From: Macrostomum lignano
Taxonomy: Eukaryota
Direction: 5' to 3'
Length of the DNA stretch: 64,000 bases
Assembly (NCBI GenBank): GCA_002269645.1
Contig: NIVC01000143.1
Coordinates: forward strand, 620,001 to 684,000
The translations under genes and the position numbers were made by a program. Shown here one piece after another: positions 13,572-38,979 of the stretch (position 1 is the stretch's first letter; each line of letters opens with the position of its first letter). Under the pieces are notes generated by a model that saw only the letters and a program-made list of their open reading frames with translations, did no database searches and was not told where the DNA came from.

Positions 13572-13596
13572 ATTGGTTGAGCCGCTCTCAGCCAAT
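13572..13596. promoter_or_regulatory. Candidate collagen promoter with two inverted CCAAT boxes
   Basis: attggttgag-ccgct-ctcagccaat (10-bp arms, 1 mismatch) about 180 bp upstream of ATG 13774. Function is inferred. Confidence 0.3.
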
Positions 13597-13773
13597 CGTA
13601 GCCAAGCTTTCAGTTTTCACTGGGCCTGGCAGATGCAGTAAAAGCTACGGGCATGGAAGCCAGTGCCACGCAGAGGTGTCGCACAGATTTCATCGCTGCA
13701 CCGATTAGAACAAAAAATAACAAGCACACGGAGCGAATTCAATTTTATAGTTGTCCGCTGTTTGACCTGGAAG

Positions 13774-28477
<14,704 letters not shown>

Positions 28478-28619
28478 GGATTCCGCAATGAATTACCAGT
28501 TGGTAGCCAGGCAGGTAAGATTGAAAAAGTGTAATTAATATTACACGAAACCCATTAACCCAGGTATGAATCATATGCGTTAATAGATTCTGTTCTTAGT
28601 TGGTACAGTAGCTTAATTG

Positions 28620-29005
28620 GTGCTGCTGGCGCCTCTGGTGCTGGCGCCCCTGGTGCTGGCGCCCCTGGTGCTGGCGCCCCTGGTGCTGGCGCCCCTGATT
28701 CTGGCGCCTCTGGTGCTGGCGCCCCTGGTGCTGGCGCCCCTGATGCTAAAGCCCTGTGCTAAAGCCCCTGGTAGGCTGGTACTAAAGGCCCTGTGCTAAA
28801 GCCCCTGGTGCTAAAGCCCCTTGGTGCTAAAGCCCCTAGTGCTAAAGACCCTAGTGCTAAAGCCCCTAGTGCTAAAGACCCTAGTGCTAAAGACCCTGGT
28901 GCTAAAGCCCCTGATGCTAAAGCCCCTGGTACTAAAGCTTCTGTTGCTAATGCCTTTGTACTAAAGGCCCTGTCCTAAAGCCCCTGGTGCAAAGCCCCTA
29001 GTGCT
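28620..29005. repeat. 15-bp minisatellite, with short relatives at about 34398 and 35220
   Basis: ggcgcccctggtgct drifting to aaagcccctggtgct. Confidence 0.9.
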
Positions 29006-30203
29006 AAAGACCCTGCGGCGCCAGAGTGCCTGCGGCGCCGAAATGAGTGTAAATGTCTGGGGCGCCAAAATGAGTGCTGACAATCTGAAAATATTGTACA
29101 TATAGGAATTCAGTCCGGTAGTAAATTTAGAATTCTTGGCTTTGATCCCCCCACCATGAAATCCATGACAAAGCCCCTATCACCAGTAATGCTTAATAAT
29201 TTCAGACTTCGAGTTCCATTCGGATCCAAAGACAAAACCTGAGATATCAAACGGAAGCAGCTCAGAACGATATATTTATATTGTACATTATTGTTGCATA
29301 ATTGAATCATTTTCAATAACCCACTGCACTTGTAGCCAGTAGAGGCCCATCAGGCCCAGGAAATGCATGAAATTGAATTAATAATATTTCTTATTAAACT
29401 TGTAAACCGAACTAATAAAGCACTGTGCACGTTTGTCCTCTTACTTCACCTAACGTTGTCAGCGTTTTCAAATTTTATTTAACTGTAAATAAAATTATAT
29501 ACTTTTTCAGCCGATCAATTTTTCACAGTTGGTTTTTTATAGAAAACCCAAACTCACATTACCTCATATGTTGCAAATGCAACTGAAAATTAGGCATGAA
29601 AAATGCCCATCGAAAGTCATTTTTTATTTGTTAAAACTGCGCAAGATTTCTACCTTTGTTATAATCAACTTCTTGTACTTGTCTCTGCCGTTTCTCTAAC
29701 TTCATTTGCACAGAAAATGACCCCAGAGAGTACATTTCGTACTTTAAACAAAAAAGCAATGTTTCTGAAAATACTTTGCGAATTAATTACTTTCGCTGAT
29801 GAGATTTGTTTAAATCTAGGCGCACCATTTTAAAATAAAAGATTTTTGTTTCAAAATATTGTTTCACTTTCGAAAATACAAACAAGCAAAGATGGTCGTG
29901 TTTTTTCAGCTTTTTTATTAGCTTATTAACCGTTATTGCAGTTTTGAAGTAAATATATATTTATGTAAAAATGAAGAAATAAAATCAAACAACCGTTATG
30001 GCATTTTACAAACAGAAAAAACACCGCTAGCTAATAAATAAACGATATTTTTGCGGAAGAGTTAAGCGAGGGGGGCTGCGTTTGCTAATTTTGAAATATA
30101 AACCGTATTTATTAAATTTTCTTTTATTAAATCTTAGTTCTGTCAGTGTTGAATCATTACTTATAATATACAACAACAAGGCCAACTAAAGCAACGTATA
30201 CAC

Positions 30204-30590
30204 AGGGCGCGACACTGACGTTTCATGGAAAAGGTTTTGAAGGCCACTTTTCGCCGAAAATCACAAGTATATACTACGAAGATAGGAAGTTTTCATTTTT
30301 TTCAGCACAAAAAAATTGTTTTTTGTTTTTGATAGGAGGCAGATCCAATGTTTATATTTTTATATGTTGTGCCTTTCTGTACGTAGGCACAGAAATGTAC
30401 GTAGAATAAAAAATTTTCTGAACGAAAAGCTTTATGAATATCAATAGATAAACACTGGATCTGCCTCCTATCGAAAGCAATAACAATTTTTGTGCTGTAA
30501 AAATGAAAACTTCCTATCTCCGTAGTGTATTTTTCGACGAAAAGATGCCTTCAAACAAAACATTTTCCATAAACTCGAGTGTTGCGTCCT
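30204..30590. mobile_element. MITE-like element with about 150-bp imperfect inverted arms; partial second copy at about 51870-52085
   Basis: gataggaagttttcattttt.tcagcacaaaaa...ttttgataggaggcagatcca.tgttta is mirrored by taaacactggatctgcctcctatcgaaagc...tttttgtgctgtaaaaatgaaaacttcctatc. No TSD found. Confidence 0.8.
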
Positions 30591-31258
30591 TCGACTTTAG
30601 TAGTCAATATCAATATAATCTATGAATACTGTATATTATATATTTTATTGTATAATCTAGAACAAATATCTATTATATATTATTTTTGAAGAAAACATTC
30701 AATATTTTCATTATGCTTCTATAACATTAAATATTATATACTTAATAACATATTTATTTTGTTCCAATTTCCAATTCCAAAATCAAATTCAAAAGCAATA
30801 AAGGCAGCAGTGTGGGACGCATGCAGAGCTGACGCGCACCGAAGGCAAATGATACTTAAAAAAAAGAAAATCATTGGCAATAATATTCATACTATAAGAA
30901 ACTGTAAGGCAAAAGTTAATATTCAGATTAATTAATCGTCTCTCACTCAAAACCAGGCAATTATGGAAGCTTCTAGAAATGTTGACGGCACCAGAAGAGT
31001 AGCATAAAGCAAAAGACTTATAGAAATATAAATTTTAAAAAATTGGCAAAACTACAACCGATCCGTATGCTATAAGTAGCACACGAAGCAATAAGCTTGT
31101 TAATACAATTATTTACCAAAATAATGCAGATAAATTAAAATGATAACAAATTATTCGGCTGAGAAAACATTAACCATTAACCAGTGTTTGTTCCTCTTGT
31201 TCGTGACGCTTCAATCCGCAAAACAACTTGTGCTTTGGCAAGCGGCTTGTCAAACTAT

Positions 31259-34200
31259 TTAACTGCTGAAATATGAATTTTGCAATTGCATTATTAATGC
31301 ATTAGAATCTTGGCTGACTATCTGAGATAAATTTGATATTCTAGATTCACACAGGGGTTGGCAAACTCCGGCCCGCGGGACACATTCGGTCCGCAAAACC
31401 TTTCGAACCAGTCCTCAGGTCCTTTGGAACTTCATATCCGGTCAGCTCATGGTTTGTGTCTCTTCTCAGCTCTCTAATCTCCTATCTCTTTTCTCTTCTT
31501 CTCTTCTCTCCTCCCCTCTCCTTCTCTCTTCTCTTCTTTCTTCTCTCCCGTCTCCTCCCTCTCTTTTATTTTCTCTCTGCTCTCCTCTCTTCTCCTCTTT
31601 CCTCTCTCCTCCTCTCTTCCCTTCTGTCTCCTCTCCTCTATTTTCTTCCTTCTCTGCTCTCCTCTGCTCTTCTCTCTCCTTCTCTCTCCTCTCCTCTCTT
31701 CTCTTCTTCCCTCTCCTCTTCTCTCTCCTTCCTCCCCTCTCTCCTCCTCTTCCCTCTTCTCTTCTCCTCTCCTCTCTCCTCCCCTCTCCTCCTTCTCTTC
31801 TTCTCTCCTCCCTTCTCCTCGATGGGAAACAACTTTAATTACGTACCTGTTAAGCTCTCGGCGAAGCTCCTGCATCTTGTGAAACGACTCGGCGTGGTAC
31901 TGCATCTGAGCCTCGGTAAAGTCTTTCAGAGCGCGCAGATGATTGACCTAAAATATTTATTATACACAGTTTTAATTAATATTAAACACGACAGCATCAG
32001 CTAATGGTCATCCAATATAATAAAGACGACTCACATGAGCACCCTTGATGCCCTCAAGCAGCAGTCGGGTTACCTCAAGCTGCCGCTCGTACTGCTGCTG
32101 CTCCTTGGCGTAATCAGACTCCGACTGGGGAAGGAGAGACCGGACAAGAGGGGATAACAGCGTAACTTTGAATTCAAGAGCTGGAGAAACCGTACTTTTC
32201 AAAATTACAGATCCCATCTCCCCTTCAGGAACCTCCGATCCCATCTCTCCCCTTCAGGAACCTCAGATCCCATCGCTCCCCTTCAGGAGCCTCAGATCCC
32301 ATCTCCCCTTCAGGAACCTCAGATCCCATCGCTCCCCTTCAGGAACCTCCGATCCCATCTCTCCCCATCAAGAATCCCAGATCCCATCTCTCCCCTTCAG
32401 AAACCTCAGATCCCATCGCTCCCCTTCAGGAACCTCAGATCCCATCGCTCCCCTTCAGGAACCTCCGATCCCATCTCTCCCCATCAAGAATCCCAGATCC
32501 CATCTCTCCCCTTCAGAAACCTCAGATCCCATCGCTCCCCTTCAGGAACCTCCGATTCCATCGCTCCCCTTCAGGAACCTCAGATCCCATCGCTCCCCTT
32601 CAGGAACCTCCGATCCCATCGCTCCCCTTCAGGAACCTCCGATTCCATCTCTCCCCACCAAGAATCCCAGATGCCATCTCTCCCCATCAATAATCCCAGA
32701 TGCCATCTCTCCCCATCAATAATCCCAGATGCCATCTCTCCCCACCAAGAATCCCAGATGCCATCTCTCCCCATCAATAATCCCAGATGCCATCTCTCCC
32801 CATCAATAATCCCAGATGCCATCTCTCCCCATCAATAATCCCAGATTCCATCACTCCCGATCAATAATCCCAGATTCCATCGCTCCCCCAATAGAATCCC
32901 AGATCCCATCTCTTTTAACAGAATCCCAGATCCTATCTCTTTTAACAGAATCCCAGATCCCATCCCCCCAATAGAATCCTAGATCCCATCTTTCCCCCAA
33001 TAAAATCCCAGATCCCATTTCTCTCCCAAAATAATCCTAGATTCCGTCTCTCCGCCAATAGAATCCCAAATCCCATTTCTGTCCCAACAGAATCGCAGAT
33101 CCCATTTCTCCCCCAATAGAATCCCTGATCCCATCTCTTCCCCCAATAGAATCCCAGATCCCATCTCTCCCCCCAATAGAATCCCTGATCCCATCTCTTC
33201 CCCCAATAGAATCCCAGATCCCATCTCTTCCCCCAATAGAATCCCAGATCCTATCTCTCCCCCCAATAGAATCCCAGATCCCATCTCTCCCCCCAATAGA
33301 ATCCCTGATCCCATCTCTTCCCCCAATAGAATCCCAGATCCCATCTCTCCCCCCAATAGAATCCCAGATTCCGTCTCTCCTTTTGATGAATCCCAGATCC
33401 CGTCTCTCATTTTGATGAATCCCAGATCCCGTCTCTCCCTTTGATGAATCCCAGATCCCGTCTCTCATTTTGATGAATCCCAGATCCCGTCTCTCCCTTT
33501 GATGAATCCCAGATTCCATCTCTCTCAACAGAATTCCAGATCCCATCTCTCCCAATAGACTCCCAGATCCTATGTCTCTCCCTATCAAGAATTCCAGATA
33601 TCAATCTCCCCATCAAATCCCAGAACCAATTTATCTAGGTGTAAAAATGATAAGATTTCATTTCTGCAATGTAAATACATTTCACAACTCTAAAGGGCCA
33701 AGGGTCTAATACAGACAGCCAATTATCAATCAGATTTACAAAACCCACCACGGAGTCTGCGTCCCGACCCCTCTTGGCCCGAGCCTTAGCCGAGTCCAAG
33801 TCCAACCGCGCATTGTCCAACTCGCGCTTCTCCTTAGCGGCCGCTTTCACGTCGGTCTCCAGAAATTCTCTCAATGGTCGAAGAAACGACAGAGTAGACG
33901 TTTTAATAAAGTCCCTCTCCAGTACGGCTAGCTCCTTCTCTACCTGACCTACTCGGGCCAGGGCGCCGCCGTAGTCGGTGGTGGAGCCCAGCTCAGCGCC
34001 GGCCGTGGCCATCACGCAGCCGAGATCTTCCAACGGGCTTAGCCGGTCTCGTTTCTCCCGTTCGAATTTCTCGCACATGAGATCTTCGACGCGATGAGCG
34101 GGGTTGGGCTGCAGCACAGCTTCGGTGCTTTTAAGAATCCGCTCAGTCCACTGCTGGGTGGCGTCGGATACGCGGACCAGCTCCTCGAACTCGGGAGGGA

Positions 34201-35824
34201 ACGCGGTACGCTCCGCCTGGCCCAGCTTCTCCTCGGTTAACTGTTTGTTGTTAGAAGGCAACAACGCGTGATAGTGTAAATTGATTACATAAATTTGCAA
34301 ACTTGTGAGTTTCTTAAAGTCAGGTCACCCCAAATCAGCTAGTAACGAGTAGATGGCGCTCAACTCTCTTGCAGTATGTTTTGCTTTTTGTCATTTCTGG
34401 TGCTAAAGCCCCTGGTGCTAGTCCATACCCCCAAATATAATTAAATATATAAAGTTTTATTGGCCTAATTGAAAGTCAAGTTAGACAAGCTATATAACTT
34501 TGAAGATTTAATCAATAGAGAAAATTAAACTGTCAATGCTTAATCAAATGCTTCTTTATTTAATGGATTATTTTTTTATATTGTAAAACCTTAAGTATTG
34601 CATTTTAAAAAGGAGAAATTATATTGATATCTGTAAGCATATGGTTTAATTTTACAAAGTAATGGAGTATATATTCTAAATAAAATTAATATAAAATAAA
34701 TATAACAAATATAAAATATTTTAAATATTGTTATGCAAGATTTTTGTAGTAATATTTTATACAGAATATTAAAAAGAAATATTATCAAACAAAGGCCTTG
34801 CATTTATATTTTTAAAAAAAACATTTTTCAAAAATGGTTTAAAATGACAAACATTTTAGTATATAGGAAGTTATATTATTAAACTTGTTCTTATACACAT
34901 TTCCTAGGGCTATAGATATAAATCCAAGGCCTTAGGTATTTATTTCTTATTTTTTATAAAATATTACAAATAAAAAACTTGCACAACAATATTCAAAATG
35001 TTATATTTGTTACATGACATATAACAAATTTCTTTAAGTTAAGAGTATAATCTAAAGTACCTATAAAGAAGTATACTATACTATACTATATATATAGTAT
35101 ACTATATACTATACTATATATATAATTTATATATTAAATATATAAACATTTTGAACCCTTTTTGCAAGTTTTTATTTATAATTTTTATTATATAATATCA
35201 ATATCATAGTGCTAATTAAGACCCTTGTACTAAAGCCCTTGGTACTAAAGACCTTGGTACTTCTAGAAATTTGTGGTATATTCCAGCAAAACTGTATATA
35301 ATATATATTATGTATATGGCTAATAACTAATGATCTCTAGCCAGCCCATAGTAGCCTATGTTAAAATATAATAAAGTACAAATACTTTGTACTATTTGTT
35401 GATTTTTGAATAGAACTTAAAGTTGTAATATAATTGTATACTAATTTATCTGTTTATCTTATATATATATATATATATATAATTACTTTATGCATTATAT
35501 CATATTACATTATTTAAATACCATATTATATTTTCAAATTGAAATAATTAATAAATATAATCTTATATTTATATATTAGGGCTATATATAAAACTACTTT
35601 CTTGTTGCTATATTGTTTCATTTTAAAAAGGATTTCCTAATTTCATCAAACTTACTATGAATAGATAATATAAATATAAACAAGTAGCTAAATCATTTGT
35701 AAATTGGTCCTATAATATTGGGAAATTGTAAAATAATGAATAAGTTATATAAATTATTGTAGTTTACCTGAACTGCCCTATTAAAGGTCGAGGATATGCC
35801 ACTACTCAATTTCTTAAAATCCAT
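31259..35824 (-). CDS. SH3GLB1: Endophilin B (SH3GLB-like) N-BAR protein, about 248 aa; exons 35824-35768, 34240-33749, 32124-32035, 31947-31847, and a putative stop exon 31265-31259
   Basis: MDFKKLSSGISSTFNRAVQ|LTEEKLGQAERT...LQPNPAHRVE...SFLRPLREFLE...RLDLDSAK|SESD...QLEVTRLLLEGI.GAH|VNHLRALKDFTEAQMQYH matches the endophilin B BAR domain; GT-AG junctions are in frame. The last exon is low confidence and no SH3 exon was found. Confidence 0.88.
31352..31400 (+). mobile_element. Isolated hAT (Charlie-like) terminal sequence
   Basis: caggggttggcaaactccggcccgcggg resembles typical hAT non-autonomous ends; the partner end was not found. Confidence 0.4.
31455..31820. repeat. CT-rich low-complexity tract
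   Basis: Seen directly, in the last endophilin intron. Confidence 0.95.
32210..33610. repeat. 29-30-bp minisatellite with progressively drifting unit, in endophilin intron 2
   Basis: cagatcccatcgctccccttcaggaacct changes to atcccagatcccatctctccccccaataga and then cccagatcccgtctctcattttgatgaat. Confidence 0.95.
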
Positions 35825-36329
35825 TTTAAGTTGTCTTTTATTGTAAAAACCTATGAATGCCCAAGGATTTAAAATTTGTCCAAGTTAAATTCTTTATTTG
35901 ATAATATAATGCTATGAAGTGGATTAGGAAAAGAATAAACACTTTTTTGTGATACTATTACACTGAGATAAAGCACTTATTGATAGATTAATCCTTTAGT
36001 TTTGGCACAGAATTTATTTAAAACTTTAGATTTCAAAGTCGAACGACGGCGAACGCGATAAATCAATAATTATTTAATTTTTAGTAAACATATCTATGTT
36101 TGGAAGCTTTATTTAAAAGATAATAAATTTAATAAATCTTATTTAGTAGAAAATTGTATTAAGGCTTTAATTCTATCCGAAAATAAGAAATACTACGTTA
36201 AGTATTTGTGCTTTGTTATACTTTTTAGCATAGGCCTCTTCAGTTATCGAAAAACTTTAACGAAGCGAATTTATGGAACTGATGCTTTTCAGCAATACTG
36301 GGGGTCTTCCTCACAATTAACTTAAGTTG

Positions 36330-37456
36330 TTTTTTCACTCGTTTGCCCCGTCACGTCTGAGATGCAGTGCTCTAAATGAAGAGCAGCGGCGTAAACTGGT
36401 TGTACAATATAAAATTGAGCACCCGGGGCTGAGCAACAATGCAATCGCAAAATATTTTGCTGAGCTTGGTGTCCCAAGATCAACCATTTATGGAACTCTG
36501 GATCGCTACTCAGCAACTGGAGAATTGATTCCGTGCTACTCAAGGAGGGGTCAGGACGACCAGCTACCAAGGTCACTGCCATGCACTTGATGGAGAAGAT
36601 GTCAAATGATGCCAGGATGGGTCTGTCCCAGCGCGAAATTGCACGCAAATATGACATCAGCCAGCCGTACGTCAACGAGATTCTCAAGAAGCAGGGACTG
36701 AGTGCATACATTAGAAAGAAAAAAGTACGAGCCATTTGTGTCGTTGGAGCAGAAAAGAGCGCCAGCATGTGAGGATTGACGGCTCTACCGTGTTGTGCTG
36801 GCAGGAGATGGACGGCGGACTGGACATTGTCATGGACGATGAATCGTACTTAGCTCTCTGTCATCCAATGTCATCCCTGGTAACAGGTTCTATTATATGC
36901 AGCAGCTCGAGGTGATGCACCTGATGAGGTCAGGTGTTCACCCAGCAAGAAATTTGAGGCCAAAGTCTTGGTCTGGCTGGCCATCAGCAAGAAGGGCATG
37001 TCCAAGGTCTTCTTCTGCCACGGCATCTCAATGAACAAAGAGATCTACATAAGAGAGTGCATTCACAAAGCGTCTATTGCCATTTATAAAGGAGCAGCAT
37101 GCCGACGGCAACTACCTGTTCTGGCCTGACCTGGCGAGCTGTCACTATGCTCGTGACGTCATTGACACAGTTGGACGGCAGACAGTCTGGAACAGCTGGA
37201 AAATCGCATTCGCTACTGCTTCCGCCAGGTGGATCTGCACTGTGTACAGGAGATGATGACCAATGTCAAAAGTCCCGGATTCGCCGAGTTCGGGCTAATG
37301 GTGTCGGAGCCGTTTGGCAATGAGCCAGATAATCCCTTATACATTATACATTGTATATTGAACTAAATCCAAGTTAAAAGACATGCGTTTAATTTGTTAA
37401 TTGTTGTCTTACTAAAACAAATAAAAATGTCCAGATTTTTACCATATCATCCAGTA
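36330..37456 (+). mobile_element. Decayed Tc1/mariner-superfamily transposon (frameshifted, internally deleted transposase at about 36360-37323)
   Basis: HTH regions (VPRSTIYGTLDRY; LSQREIARKYDISQPYVNEILKK), GSGRP linker, first catalytic D in MDDESY, KVLVWLAISKKG, second D in FWPDLASCHYA, C-terminal QLENRIRYCFRQVD. A candidate right end ...atcatccagta|ta lies near 37456; the left end was not found. Confidence 0.88.
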
Positions 37457-37541
37457 TACCACATATAAGTGCAGCAAAAAAGGCTCAGATATCATGTTAC
37501 GGTAATATTATTTAATAAAACAGTTATATTTGCAACGTTTG

Positions 37542-37544
<3 letters not shown>

Positions 37545-37576
<32 letters not shown>

Positions 37577-38098
37577 CAACAACAAAATACGCTGTCAGGA
37601 TGGCAAAAGTCAGCGTCACAGGGCGCGCTTCATGGCTTGGGCGCGAACAAAGGCCGCGCCACCGGCAGTGTCCGGGGCGCCGGCGTCAGCCAGCAGACAG
37701 TCGATGTAACGCCGAGTTCGCGCTTGACCTCGCCGGTAGGGTGCCTGCAGCGTGAGCAGCAGCACCTCCTGCACCGGCTGTGGGCAGTACGACTCGGTGC
37801 GGATGAGATGGCCTGCGAGCTGGAGTCGCCGACGGCGCAGTAGATCGCTTGGACGTGGCAGGCCAGCGCGGCGATAAAGTGCCGCGTTGGTGACTCGCTC
37901 GACGCCGATGTTGAAGGCGGCGCGCAGCAGGCCAGCGTGCGCCGCATCGACTTGCTGTTCGAGTGAGTCCGTCAGCGTCCAGGTCTCGGCGTTGTACAGC
38001 AGGACGGTCTCGATTACCGCCTGGAACAGCGCCGCCCTCTTGCGGTCCGGTAGGGCCTCGGACTGCAGGACTGCCCTCACAGAACGAAAGGCTCACAG
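37545..38098 (-). mobile_element. 5'-truncated RTE-like non-LTR retrotransposon with (TTG)n tail and 11-bp TSD
   Basis: ORF 37616..38080(-) has LLYNAETWTLT and RRRRLQLAGHLIR (post-RT C-terminal region of RTE-type LINEs). (CAA)n at 37545-37585 is the 3' tail. aacgtttgaaa occurs at 37534-37544 and 38099-38109. Confidence 0.9.
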
Positions 38099-38979
38099 AA
38101 CGTTTGAAAAGATAATTTAAAATTTAGCTAAGCCTACGTGCGTTACCTAAATGATTTTTGCGTGTATTTACATTTTTGTGTAAGTTAAGAATATTTGGGA
38201 TATATTTGCATCAGGCGTCACTCTAGCTCAAGACCTGCAGATAAACTTTTACGTACGATTACAGCTCGAACAACATTTACATGGTTCGAGAATACACCTT
38301 GAAAGATAACTATTCCTAATCCAAAAGGGATGGATGTTTACTAGTAGCTCTTGTATGTATCCTTACTAGATGTGTTGGATTTCCATGCATCCTCCAAATA
38401 TTTGTACTTTCTGTATTGCAACACAGCCTCGTACTTTTCAGTTAGCAGACTCCCTAATAAGAGTTAAAAACGGAATTAAGGAGAATTAGAGAGCTCCGAC
38501 ATGACCAGAGCCCACTAGAAAAATGAGCGATCGGTGAGGGAGAGAATTAGCTAGTGCAAACAGACGCCAGCAAAAGCTGACAAGACGCGCCCCTGCCCCG
38601 CCCCCTATCATTTTAGCCAGCCAGAGCGACCTGGAAAAGAAATTAAAGCCAGAACTGGGTCAGAGGGCCCGAAAAAAGCCACGGATGAAAAGCAGGTCTG
38701 GACAAGCGAGAATTGCCTGATTGCAAGTTGCCATAGACAACTTGCAATCTGCGTGCAATGATGCTAAACTTGGAAGTAGCAATCGTTCTATGGTCGAAAT
38801 TGTCGCCTTAATTTACTCGTATGGTACAAAGCATCATGCGTGAGATACAGAAGTTTTTCTTTCATTATTTAAAAAAGCTGCACTTTCTCAGTCAGATCTA
38901 AGCTTTGAAACATCGAATCACTCGTACCCATTCTTTCTGTAACATACGAAACGAACTCATAACTTTCACAAAGTCGAAA

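Noticed and set aside
29110-29316. Minus-strand ORF tested as the missing endophilin SH3 exon
   Set aside because: No SH3 motifs in the frames examined, and no family recognised.
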